From Bryobacterales bacterium (GTDB lineage Bacteria > Acidobacteriota > Terriglobia > Bryobacterales > UBA6623), in contig CBDEGI010000002.1 of NCBI GenBank assembly GCA_965237575.1, positions 160,424 to 224,423 of the forward strand: DNA of 64,000 nucleotides, read 5' to 3'. The notes beneath the pieces were generated by a model. The model did not search any database. It was not told the origin of the DNA and saw nothing but the letters and a program-made list of their open reading frames with translations. A program made the translations under genes and the position numbers. Of this stretch, positions 9,128-17,915 are shown one piece after another; position 1 is the stretch's first letter; each line of letters opens with the position of its first letter.

Positions 9128-10444
9128 TCAGAAACTGATGTCCCACTGGGCGCGGTAACGGGTGGCGGCGAGATCGGGCTCTGAGGTCTGATCCAGTCCC
9201 AATCGCGAGACGTCGAAGGTGAGCTTATTGGCGTGGCCCCAGAAAAACCAGTTCACGGCAAACGTCAACTCCTCGAGCAGGTCGTCGGGCGCTGCCGTAT
9301 TGTAGTCGACGAAGGCATAGCGGACCGCGGTCTCCAGTTGCTTGGGAACCCACGGCGCAACGTAGTGGAAGAAGTAGCCAGCCTGCGCGTAGCTCCCCCG
9401 CAAGTGCGTGGTCGTGAGGTTCTTATTGTCGACGATCCGCTTCCAATGAAACTCTTGCTGGAGCGAGAACCCCTTGTACTTGAGCGCCGTTTCCTGAAGA
9501 TACTGGCGAAGCGAGTACTGTCCCGGCTCGCCGGGCTCGAACCCAATGATTTGACCTGCTCCCGAGCCGGAGAATCGGGTATAGCGACTGCGGTTGCTCA
9601 ACGTGCCGAAAGCCAGGCTCGCGGCGGGCGTTTCGTGGTACTCGATGTCACTTTGTGAGTACGGCAGGTCGCTCTTGAGGAAGTTCCACTGGTAGCGAGC
9701 CATGAGCATCGGTGTTCCGTCGCTCTCGTCCACCGAACTGATGCCGCGGCCCGTGCCGGTGAAGATCCCGGCGTAATAGTGGGAATCCCCCCAGGTACCC
9801 TTCATGAGGCGTCCCGTGAACATCGCGCCCGGTTGACGATCAATTGTGAAAGGACGGTTGACGATGGAGCGTTCTGCGAACTGCTGCTTACCGGAAGAAT
9901 CGACGCGCTCGCGGTTGTAGGTCGCCTTCCATTGGCCGACTTTCAACTGCAACCAATCCACGGGTGCGATCGTTATATCCCCGGTAAGGAAGCGGTTGTT
10001 GATCAAGTCGTGCTCGACGGCGTATTGGACCCAGGGCCGGAAGACCACGCCTTTCGCCTTAAACCGCGCCCGGCGAAAACGGAACTGTGTCAGCTCCTCC
10101 TTGTCGAACCCGGGGGCGTTGCGAGGCTCCGCATCGAAGGGATCGGAGTATCGGATCTGGCCACGCCAGTTAATTCTGGCGCTGTAGTTGCCGCGCCGGT
10201 CCTCGATGCCGAGCCCCTTGCGGCTGTACTTGATCTTGACTTTCCGACCCTCGTCGGCGGTGAGTGCTGACGGCTCTATGTCCCCTGCGTCACTCTTCTG
10301 AGCCTTTTTTTCAGACTGCCCGATTACCGGCGCGGCTTCGCCGGGCGGGTGCGAGCCCTGCGGCGCGCCGGCGGCGAGTGAGAGACTGGGAACGAGAAAG
10401 AGGATTCCCAATACTAGCGTCACACTACGGAATCGCCGCATCAT
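9128..10444 (-). CDS. phosphate-selective porin O/P family outer-membrane porin
   Basis: The signal peptide is MMRRFRSVTLVLGILFLVPSLSLAAG. RINWRGQIRY...FRFRRARFKAKG...LQLKVGQWKATYNRERVDSSGKQQFAERSIVNRPF matches the OprO/OprP-family pattern as I remember it, and the protein ends in ...WDISF. Confidence 0.7.
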   Translation of the reverse strand: MMRRFRSVTLVLGILFLVPSLSLAAGAPQGSHPPGEAAPVIGQSEKKAQKSDAGDIEPSALTADEGRKVKIKYSRKGLGIEDRRGNYSARINWRGQIRYSDPFDAEPRNAPGFDKEELTQFRFRRARFKAKGVVFRPWVQYAVEHDLINNRFLTGDITIAPVDWLQLKVGQWKATYNRERVDSSGKQQFAERSIVNRPFTIDRQPGAMFTGRLMKGTWGDSHYYAGIFTGTGRGISSVDESDGTPMLMARYQWNFLKSDLPYSQSDIEYHETPAASLAFGTLSNRSRYTRFSGSGAGQIIGFEPGEPGQYSLRQYLQETALKYKGFSLQQEFHWKRIVDNKNLTTTHLRGSYAQAGYFFHYVAPWVPKQLETAVRYAFVDYNTAAPDDLLEELTFAVNWFFWGHANKLTFDVSRLGLDQTSEPDLAATRYRAQWDISF

Positions 10445-10589
10445 GCAACCCCGCGGGAGCTTTGAGGTCTTCGCACACCCTTAGCGTAGCGGAGCCGTAA
10501 CGTTTCGCGGGTGAAGACGAGGTTAAGAAGGGGCTAAGTTCCCGTTAACCGCGCTGCGCGGGACGTAAGCGGCTTTCCAGACGAGGCGG

Positions 10590-11384
10590 GGCATTGTCAA
10601 GTTAATGACCCCGAGGCGGCGTTGCCTTGGAGTGTGCCCGGATTTCTCGTCTTCAGCAGGCACGCGTCGCCGTCTTCCAGTCAGTGAACGCTCGCTCCCG
10701 AAGGAGTCGATGGTGAATCGCTCTTAGATGATGACGTGCGACTCGGAACAGGTTCTGAATCGGGCCGTGGACCGAGAGGAATCGTTGAACCTGTGCCGCT
10801 GATTTGAAGCGACGCATCTGGCGTTCCTGCTCCCGGGTGTGTTGGTGGGAGACTTCCGCTCTGTTATTTTCGTATTGCCCGGTTCGATGGGTGACGGATG
10901 GGAAGATCTCTCGGTGCGCAGCCGGATAGCTTCGCAGTTTGTCGGTGACAAGTTGCAGCGGTGGCCTCTCCTGGCGCTTCAAGACCTTGCGAAAGAAGCG
11001 CTTGGCAGCTCTCTTGTCTCGGTGGCGTGTGACCAGGATATCGAGGACATCGCCATCCTGGTCCACCGCCCTCCAAAGATAGTGACGTTCGCCGCGGATC
11101 GTGATGAACACCTCGTCCACGTGCCAGATGTCTCCGAGGCGACCCTGTCGCCTCCGCAGAGTGCGGGCGTACTCCGGTCCGAACTTCCGGCACCAGGATC
11201 GAATGGCTTCGTAGGATACGGTGATGCCACGCTCCGCGAGAAGGTCCTCCACGTCGCGGAAGCTCAGCGTGAACCGATGGTACAGCCAAACGGCATGGCT
11301 GATGATCTCGGGTGGAAAGCGGTGGCGTCGATACAGTGATCCCATCCATCGATTGTCGCCGACCGCCGTTAACTTGACATTGCC
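10590..11384 (-). mobile_element. complete IS6-family insertion sequence (~795 bp)
   Basis: The terminal inverted repeats are GGCATTGTCAAGTTAA (10590-10605) and the reverse complement of 11369-11384, GGCAATGTCAAGTTAA (15/16). There is a single transposase ORF. The flanking 8-mers differ (CGAGGCGG vs TCTCCCTG), so there is no target-site duplication. Confidence 0.85.
10653..11345 (-). CDS. IS6-family DDE transposase
   Basis: A 230-aa ORF, MGSLYRRHRFPPEIISHAVWLYHRFTLSFRDVEDLLAERGI...WHVDEVFITIRGERHYLWRAVDQDGDVLDILV...VTDKLRSY...NNRAEVSHQHTR. The size and motifs are those of IS26/IS6-type transposases. Confidence 0.9.
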   Translation of the reverse strand: MGSLYRRHRFPPEIISHAVWLYHRFTLSFRDVEDLLAERGITVSYEAIRSWCRKFGPEYARTLRRRQGRLGDIWHVDEVFITIRGERHYLWRAVDQDGDVLDILVTRHRDKRAAKRFFRKVLKRQERPPLQLVTDKLRSYPAAHREIFPSVTHRTGQYENNRAEVSHQHTREQERQMRRFKSAAQVQRFLSVHGPIQNLFRVARHHLRAIHHRLLRERAFTDWKTATRAC

Positions 11385-11710
11385 TCTCCCTGGCTTTTGC
11401 GATTGGAGTGACAGTGTCTTGCTGCTCGGCCTTTGGCAGGTCCCTACCTTGGGTGATGAGTTCGCCTACGAGTTCGTTGCGCTTGCGGCGTTGGGCCTCG
11501 ATTGCCTCGGTTGGTCTCTGGCCGGCGACCTGCCTTTTGCGCTTCTTGCCCTCCCACCACTCCAGAAAAAAATATCCGGGGCGCTTGTCCCAGACGTAGC
11601 GCTCACCGTTCTTCTTGAGTGAAATGAACCGCCAGCTGTGGCGTCGGCGTGGCGACGCCGCTTGACTCGCGAATCTTCTTGATGATCCGAACTCGCTTGA
11701 GGTGGGCCAC
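11385..11710 (-). pseudogene. phage-type integrase, N-terminal stub (frameshifted, then cut by IS6)
   Basis: GTG at 11710 follows GGGAG. VAHLKRVRIIKKIRESSG... shifts frame into ...WRFISLKKNGERYVWDKRPGYFFLEWWEGKKRKRQVAGQRPTEAIEAQRRKRNELVGELI..., which resembles the arm-binding N-terminus of integrases. The reading frame runs straight into the IS6 inverted repeat at 11384. Nothing integrase-like lies on the other side of the IS. Confidence 0.6.
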
Positions 11711-11805
11711 GGTGGGCTCCCTTGGTGTCTATTTTCGGTGAATCACAGACACCATCATGGTAGCGAGTTCTGTAATCGATTGCAACTAAAAAGGTTAGGA
11801 AAGAT

Positions 11806-11879
11806 TGGCTGGGAGGCAGGGATTCGAACCCCGATAAACAGATCCAGAATCTGCCGTGTTACCGTTACACTACCTCCCA
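11806..11879 (-). tRNA. tRNA-Gln (anticodon CUG), CCA encoded
   Basis: Folded by hand: acceptor TGGGAGG/CCTCCCA, U8, D stem GTGT/ACAC, anticodon stem GCAGA/TCTGT with loop TTCTGGA, T arm CGGGG-TTCGAAT-CCCTG, discriminator G, CCA. Confidence 0.9.
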
Positions 11880-11992
11880 GCAGAGGGGCAACTCGAATTC
11901 AGTATAAGTGGGTTTTTGGAAGGGCCGCAACCGGGTGCCACGGTGCTGCGCGGCGCGGATACGACGCCGAGGCCGGACTCTTAGCTCCCCGG

Positions 11993-13120
11993 TTAGAGCA
12001 ACCGGAAGTTCACTTCGATCGTCGCGGCGACCTTGACCGGCTTGCGCTCTTTCATGCCCGGGGCGAAGCGCCACTGTTGCACGGCCTCGACGGCCTTCTC
12101 GTCCAAGCCAAGTCCCAGGCTGCGGATGATCTTGACGTTGTGGGCGCGGCCGTCCTCCCACACCTGCACCGAGAGCACGACCGTGCCTTGGTACTTGGCC
12201 TTGCGGGCTTCTTCGGAGTACTCGGGCTCGACCTTCTTGATCAGGCGCGGAGCGCTGACACCGCCGCCGACGCGGAAGATGCCGCCCCCTGCACCACCGC
12301 CCTCACCCGGACCGTAGCCGCCGCCCCTTCCCGGACCGACGCCGGTGCCCCTCCCGCTGCCGATACCGCCGCCCGTGCCGGGTCCGGCCGAGGGAGGGCC
12401 GATCTTGCCCAGCGGGTCGCCGAAGACCGCCATGTCTACATTGGGAACCTGGAGCTGAGGCGGCCCCAGCAGCGTGGGCTCCACGGCCAGCTTCGGATTC
12501 TTGTTCATGATCACCGGGGTCGGAGGCGCGAACTGCTTCAAAGAAAACCGCGGCAGCTTGCCCTTGCTCTCCGGAAGCGGGGAGTTCTGTCCGCCGCCGC
12601 CGCCGCCCGACTTGCCGGAGTTCGGCGCAAACATCTTGATGTCAGCGAGGTAGGGCGAGATGTCAACGGGAACGATCAACGTCACCGATCCCTTCAGCGA
12701 GTCTTGGATCACCGGAGCCGCAAACACTGTAAACAGAAGCACCACAATCGTAACGTGAACCGCGAACGACGAGAGCACGCCCTTTTGCTTGTTGTCGTAT
12801 GCGCCCCAGATGCTCTTCACTCGAACCGGCCGCGACGTCAGCCGCAGGGGCGGCAGCTTCCTGTCCCTCACGATCGTTTGAAGGTTATTCTTGAGCGTCC
12901 GGAACCACGGTTCGTGGACCGACTCGAGGATCTTCGGGCCAAGTTCCTCGTCGCCCTCTTGATGAGGCCGAAACGTCGGCAGCGGCGGAAGCTCCTCTTT
13001 CTTCGAGAACAGCTCCGTTACCTGCCGCTTGAACGAGACGTACCACGGCTCGTAGATCGACTCTATGAGCAGCGAACCGAGAGCGGACTCACCTGTGTCT
13101 GTTGCCTGCCGAGCACTCAT
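11993..13120 (-). CDS. TonB-family energy transducer
   Basis: The C-terminal TonB domain is ...PRLIKKVEPEYSEEARKAKYQGTVVLSVQVWEDGRAHNVKIIRSLGLGLDEKAVEAVQQWRFAPG..., preceded by a Gly/Pro-rich linker, one TM segment and repeated LPPL..TSRPV motifs. I prefer ATG 13120 (MSARQATD...) to the ORF-track start 13270. Confidence 0.8.
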   Translation of the reverse strand: MSARQATDTGESALGSLLIESIYEPWYVSFKRQVTELFSKKEELPPLPTFRPHQEGDEELGPKILESVHEPWFRTLKNNLQTIVRDRKLPPLRLTSRPVRVKSIWGAYDNKQKGVLSSFAVHVTIVVLLFTVFAAPVIQDSLKGSVTLIVPVDISPYLADIKMFAPNSGKSGGGGGGQNSPLPESKGKLPRFSLKQFAPPTPVIMNKNPKLAVEPTLLGPPQLQVPNVDMAVFGDPLGKIGPPSAGPGTGGGIGSGRGTGVGPGRGGGYGPGEGGGAGGGIFRVGGGVSAPRLIKKVEPEYSEEARKAKYQGTVVLSVQVWEDGRAHNVKIIRSLGLGLDEKAVEAVQQWRFAPGMKERKPVKVAATIEVNFRLL

Positions 13121-13501
13121 GCTGATCGCGTCCCTGGTATCCAAATCTGAAGATAGATCTGTTAAATAGACGAAGCGCCAGATGCCCGCGTTTCGGAAAA
13201 ATTCCGAACCGGTGCGGGGCCGCGCCTGACGGCAAACCCGCCCAGTATCATGGTAGCGATCGCGTGCCACGATCGCAAGACGGTTTCTCTACATCTATGT
13301 TAACCTATTCGGCCAGGACTACCCGTGTCTTGATCGGAGTTCGCGGATGCAACCGCTCCGCTACCCGCGCCTGGCTCGATCCCCGATGGCACTCCCCTCC
13401 GACGGTGCCGCAAGGCCCGGCAACCCGGCACTGCGCTAGACTGAGGCGAGCCGGGCTCGCGTAAACCGCGATCCACCACCCTGCCCGGCAGCACGACCAC
13501 C

Positions 13502-14074
13502 ATGCCCGCCCCCGAGGATCTCACCGCGGCGCCCAAGAACGCTTCGCCGGGGATGACCCCCTATCTGGTACTCGCGGCCGCCATCGTCCTGCTTGACCGC
13601 GCTACCAAGGCCGCCGTCGCGTCGGGAATGCAGCTCTATGAGAGCCGCGTCATCGTGTCGGACTTCTTCAACTTGGTCCATACGCGCAACACCGGCATCG
13701 CCTTCAGCTTGTTTTCCGACAGTTCGCCCGTCGTCAAGGGCGTGATTCTGCCTGTTGTCTCGACCCTGGCCGTGATCGGCATCGCCTATCTGTTCTGGCG
13801 CTCGGGTGCCGTCGAGCCGCGAACCCGAATCGGTCTCACGCTCATCCTCGCCGGGGCCGCCGGAAACCTCTACGACCGCTTCGCCTACGGCTATGTCACT
13901 GATTTCTTGGACTTTTACCTAGCCTCCCATCACTGGCCGAGCTTCAACGTGGCCGACAGCTCGATCACGATCGGCGCCGGCCTGCTGCTGCTCGACTCAT
14001 TCCGGCGCGCGCCGAACCCGGAGGGCAGCCCGGAAAGCAACCCCGACAGCCGCTCCGAAAGGGAGGCGGCCTAG
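13502..14074 (+). CDS. lspA: lipoprotein signal peptidase II
   Basis: LDRATK, FNLVHTRNTGIAFSLF, GAAGNLYDRFAYGYVTDFLDF and WPSFNVADSSITIG are the conserved LspA blocks. An alternative start is ATG 13553. Confidence 0.9.
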   Translation: MPAPEDLTAAPKNASPGMTPYLVLAAAIVLLDRATKAAVASGMQLYESRVIVSDFFNLVHTRNTGIAFSLFSDSSPVVKGVILPVVSTLAVIGIAYLFWRSGAVEPRTRIGLTLILAGAAGNLYDRFAYGYVTDFLDFYLASHHWPSFNVADSSITIGAGLLLLDSFRRAPNPEGSPESNPDSRSEREAA

Positions 14075-14081
14075 GCCCTCC

Positions 14082-14888
14082 ATGTGTCCGCTGCTGTTTT
14101 CAGTCGGGCCCCTGTCGATCCCGACCTATGGCGTCTTGGTCGCGATCGGCTTCCTGGTGGGTCTGTATCTGGTCGGGCGTTTGTCCAAGAGGGCGGGGCT
14201 TGATCCGGACAGGATGACCAACCTGGGGCTCTGGGTGGTCCTGGCCGCCATCATTGGGGCCAAGGTGTTCATGGTGTTCGCGGACTTTGGAACGTATTGG
14301 CACGACCCCGGGCGCCTGTTCTCCCTTAGCTTACTTCGGGCCGGCGGTATCTTTTACGGTGGGCTTCTCGGGGCCTTGGGAGTAGCGGTCTGGTACTCGC
14401 GCAAGCACGGTTTGCCCGGTCTCCAGACCGCCGACATCTTCGCCCCCGCTGTCGCCGTGGGACACTCGATCGGCCGCCTGGGTTGCTTTGCCGCCGGTTG
14501 TTGCTGGGGCAAGCCGACCTCGCTGCCCTGGGGTGTGGCCTTCACCGATCCCGCGGCTCACGACTTCGTGGGCGTGCCGCTCAACGTCCACCTGCACCCC
14601 ACGCAGCTTTACGAGGCGGGCGGCACCCTAGCGGTCGGACTGCTGCTACTGCGATTGATCGGCCGGCCGCACCGCCCGGGCGCCGTCTTCGCCTGGTACC
14701 TAGTGCTGTACTCCAGCTTCCGCCTGGGCGTCGAGTTTCTGCGGGCCGAAACCTCCCGCAACTTCCCTTTCGACGGGCCGCTCAGCGTGACGCAATGGGT
14801 CGCGGTGGTGTTGGTCGTGGCCGGAGCGGCCCTGCTGCTGTGGCACTCGTCCCAGCCGGCCGCTTCCCCGGCCCGCCAAACGAGCTAG
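14082..14888 (+). CDS. lgt: prolipoprotein diacylglyceryl transferase
   Basis: YGVLVAIGFLVG, GHSIGRLGCFAAGCCWGKPTSLPWGVAF and HPTQLYEA are conserved Lgt strings, and the size (268 aa) fits. Confidence 0.9.
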   Translation: MCPLLFSVGPLSIPTYGVLVAIGFLVGLYLVGRLSKRAGLDPDRMTNLGLWVVLAAIIGAKVFMVFADFGTYWHDPGRLFSLSLLRAGGIFYGGLLGALGVAVWYSRKHGLPGLQTADIFAPAVAVGHSIGRLGCFAAGCCWGKPTSLPWGVAFTDPAAHDFVGVPLNVHLHPTQLYEAGGTLAVGLLLLRLIGRPHRPGAVFAWYLVLYSSFRLGVEFLRAETSRNFPFDGPLSVTQWVAVVLVVAGAALLLWHSSQPAASPARQTS

Positions 14889-14892
14889 GACG

Positions 14893-17502
14893 ATGTCCGC
14901 CGGCGCCCCTCGTCTGTTCCTGATCGATACCTTCGGGCTGATCTTCCGCGCCTTCTACGGCCGCGCGCGCTCGGGCGCGCCGCTGATGCGCACGTCCGCG
15001 GGCCTGCCGACCGAAGCCATCTACATCTTCAACAACATGATGCGGAAGCTCATCGACACGCATCGGCCCGACTATCTGGCGGCCGTCTGGGAAGGCGCCG
15101 GGCCGACCTTCCGAGACGAGATCTTCGAAGACTACAAGGCCAACCGCGACGAAACGCCCGACGACCTGCTCCTGCAATTGCCCTACGTCGAACGCCTGCT
15201 CGAGTCGGTCAACGTTCCCGTTCTCGCCTGTGACGGCTATGAGGCCGATGACGTCATCGGTACCCTCGCCAAGCAGGCCGCCGGCCGCGACATCAACGTC
15301 TACGTTGTCTCGAGCGACAAGGATCTGACGCAACTCGTCAGCGACCACGTCTACATGCTCGACCCCATGAAGGGCGACCTGCTCTACGACCCCGACAAGG
15401 TCAAGGAAGTGCAGGGCGTCGCGCCGGAGCAGATCGTCGACCTGCTCGCGCTCAAGGGAGATTCGGTCGACAATATCCCCGGCGCCCCCGGTATCGGTGA
15501 CAAAGGAGCGCGCGATTTGATCGAGACCTACGGCGGTGTCGAAGGCGCCATCGAGCACGCCGCCGAAGTCAAGCGCAAGACTTATCGCGAGAGCCTGCAA
15601 CAGAACCGCGACCAGATCCTGATGAGCAAAGTGCTGGCGACCATCGCCCGCGACGCGCCGATCGAGCTTGATCTCGACTCGCTCGAGGTCGCCCGGCCGA
15701 ATGTCGAAGCCCTCGCCGAGCTCTACCGCGAGTTGGAATTCAATAGCTTGCTGAGCCAACTCCAGGTGCCCAAAGGTCCGGCCGAGGTGCAGTACCGCAC
15801 CTTGCAGTCGCCCGGCGAATTCGACGAGTGGTTCGAGCAGAACACGAAGAGCGCTCCCCGTGCGTCCGTTGCGTTCGTAGTCGACCTGACGGCGGGCGGC
15901 GAACTCGGGGCCGGCGAACTTGATAACAGGGGGGTGGCCTTCAGCGCCGCCGCCGGAGAAGCTGTACTCCTGCCCACGCCGCATCTCGACGCCGCCAAAC
16001 CCTACCTCGAAGATCCCGCTAGGCCGAAGCGCGTTCACGACCTCAAGACGGCGATGCATCAGCTCGCACCCCGAGGCATCGAACCGGCCGGCGCCACCGA
16101 CGACACGATGCTGGCAGCCTTCCTGCTCGACGCCAGCCGCAACGACTATTCGCTCGAAAAAGCAATCGCGCGCTACCTCGGCGTGGCGGTCGATTCCGAC
16201 CTCTGCCGCACGGCCGATCTGGTGCGTCGGCTCGGTGAAACCTTCGATCGCGAGATCGACGCGCAGGACCTTCGCGATCTCTACCAAGACATCGAGCTGC
16301 CGCTGGCGCCGATCCTCGCCCGCATGGAGCGCGCCGGCGTCCTTCTCGATACGGACATCCTCGGCGGGCTCTCGCAAGACATGGAGCGCAAGCTCATCGC
16401 GCTCAGAGAGGAGATCTACAGCTTCGCCGGGATGACCTTCAACATCAACTCGCCCAAGCAATTGGCGAACGTACTGTTCGAAGATCTCGCCCTGCCGCCC
16501 CCGCCGCGCCGTGGCAAGACCCGGTCGCTCTCCACGGCGTCCGATGTTCTCGAGGGCCTTGTCGAGCACCACGAGGTCATCGCCCACATCCTCGAATACC
16601 GTCAGTTGATGAAGCTCAAAGGGACGTATGTCGACGCGCTACCCGCCTTGATCAATCCCGCCACCGGACGCCTCCACACCACCTTCAACCAGTGCGGGGC
16701 GGCTACCGGACGGCTCTCCTCCGCCAATCCGAATTTGCAAAACATCCCGATTCGCACCGAGCTGGGCCGCGAGATCCGTGCCGCTTTTATCGCGCGCCCC
16801 GGCTGGACGCTGCTGGCCGCCGACTACTCGCAGATCGAGTTGCGCATCCTGGCGCACATCTCCGCCGACCCGGTGCTGCTCAAGGCATTCCGCGGCGGCG
16901 AGGACATCCACACGCGCACCGCGGCGGAAGTGTTCGGCGTGCCGCCCTTGATGGTCGGGCCCGAGGAGCGCCGCAGCGCCAAGGCGGTCAACTTCGGCAT
17001 CGTGTATGGGCTAAGCCCGTTCGGCCTCGCCAAGCAACTCGACATCTCCCAGGCCGACGCCCGCACTTACATCGACGCCTACTTCGAGCGCTACGCCGGC
17101 GTGAAGAAGTTCATGGCCAAGGCGGTCACCGACGCGCGCCGCCGCGGCCACACCCGCACCCTGCTGGGCCGTCTGCGGCCGATCCACGATCTCGACAGCC
17201 GCAACTCCAACGTGCGCGGATTCGCCGAGCGAACCGCCATCAACTCACCGATTCAGGGCTCCGCGGCCGATCTGATCAAGCTGGCGATGATCCGCATCGA
17301 CGCCAAGCTACGCGACGAGGGCAGCCAAGCTCTGATGCTGTTGCAGGTCCACGACGAGCTGTTGTTCGAAGTCCCCGACGCCGAGGTCGCCCCGCTCGCC
17401 GCGATGGTCAAGCACGAGATGCAGCAAGTCTACGCCCTCAATGTGCCACTGGTCGCCGACGTGAAGACCGGCCCAAACTGGCGCGACATGAAACAGCCGT
17501 GA
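14893..17502 (+). CDS. polA: DNA polymerase I
   Basis: 869 aa. It has a 5'-nuclease N-terminus (LIDTFGLIFRAFY), then polymerase motifs DYSQIELRILAH, RRSAKAVNFGIVYG and LLQVHDELLFE. Confidence 0.95.
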   Translation: MSAGAPRLFLIDTFGLIFRAFYGRARSGAPLMRTSAGLPTEAIYIFNNMMRKLIDTHRPDYLAAVWEGAGPTFRDEIFEDYKANRDETPDDLLLQLPYVERLLESVNVPVLACDGYEADDVIGTLAKQAAGRDINVYVVSSDKDLTQLVSDHVYMLDPMKGDLLYDPDKVKEVQGVAPEQIVDLLALKGDSVDNIPGAPGIGDKGARDLIETYGGVEGAIEHAAEVKRKTYRESLQQNRDQILMSKVLATIARDAPIELDLDSLEVARPNVEALAELYRELEFNSLLSQLQVPKGPAEVQYRTLQSPGEFDEWFEQNTKSAPRASVAFVVDLTAGGELGAGELDNRGVAFSAAAGEAVLLPTPHLDAAKPYLEDPARPKRVHDLKTAMHQLAPRGIEPAGATDDTMLAAFLLDASRNDYSLEKAIARYLGVAVDSDLCRTADLVRRLGETFDREIDAQDLRDLYQDIELPLAPILARMERAGVLLDTDILGGLSQDMERKLIALREEIYSFAGMTFNINSPKQLANVLFEDLALPPPPRRGKTRSLSTASDVLEGLVEHHEVIAHILEYRQLMKLKGTYVDALPALINPATGRLHTTFNQCGAATGRLSSANPNLQNIPIRTELGREIRAAFIARPGWTLLAADYSQIELRILAHISADPVLLKAFRGGEDIHTRTAAEVFGVPPLMVGPEERRSAKAVNFGIVYGLSPFGLAKQLDISQADARTYIDAYFERYAGVKKFMAKAVTDARRRGHTRTLLGRLRPIHDLDSRNSNVRGFAERTAINSPIQGSAADLIKLAMIRIDAKLRDEGSQALMLLQVHDELLFEVPDAEVAPLAAMVKHEMQQVYALNVPLVADVKTGPNWRDMKQP

Positions 17503-17503
17503 A

Positions 17504-17533
17504 ATGTAGGGCACGGCATGCCGTGCCGTGCCC
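17504..17533. repeat. intergenic palindromic element, copy A (inverted orientation, slightly degenerate)
   Basis: ATGTAG-GGCACGGCATGCCGTGCC-GTGCCC lies immediately after the polA stop. It has the same core as the copies at 33288 and 46869. Confidence 0.85.
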
Positions 17534-17615
17534 GCGCCGCGAATCGCCTGCCGACCCCGCACGCGCAGCGGTCCTCCGAACGACGCCTTGCTAAAATACA
17601 AACACCCGCCATTCA

Positions 17616-17691
17616 GCCACGGTAGCTCAGTTGGTAGAGCAGCGGTTTCGTAAACCGCAGGTCGTCGGTTCGAGTCCGACCCGTGGCTCCA
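17616..17691 (+). tRNA. tRNA-Thr (anticodon CGU), CCA encoded
   Basis: Folded by hand: acceptor GCCACGG/CCGTGGC, D arm GCTC-AGTTGGTA-GAGC, anticodon arm GCGGT-TTCGTAA-ACCGC, T arm GTCGG-TTCGAGT-CCGAC, then TCCA. Confidence 0.9.
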
Positions 17692-17915
17692 CTTTTTCAA
17701 TAACTTAGCCTTTCACTCTCGCAGCGGATGCCGTCACTGGGCCCGCATTCGTGCCCTCTACGGTCCTCATGGGTACTTAGCCATTCCGTCTTCGCCGGGC
17801 CACGCTTGCCCGGTCCGCACGACTGAAAGTCCATGACCATCAGGCTTTGCCGGTGGCTGGGCTCACTGGGGTTCGGGCTCGGTTGTTTCCGCGGTACTGT
17901 GATAGCCTGCCGTTG

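Noticed and set aside
11702-13150. 482-aa plus-strand ORF
   Set aside because: It overlaps tRNA-Gln and is antisense to the TonB-family gene, which has a clear C-terminal TonB domain. Its composition is low-complexity.
14782-16587. 601-aa ORF on the minus strand
   Set aside because: It lies entirely antisense to polA, whose motifs are unambiguous. It has the Arg/Ala/Gly/Val-rich composition typical of shadow ORFs in high-GC DNA and no recognisable motif.
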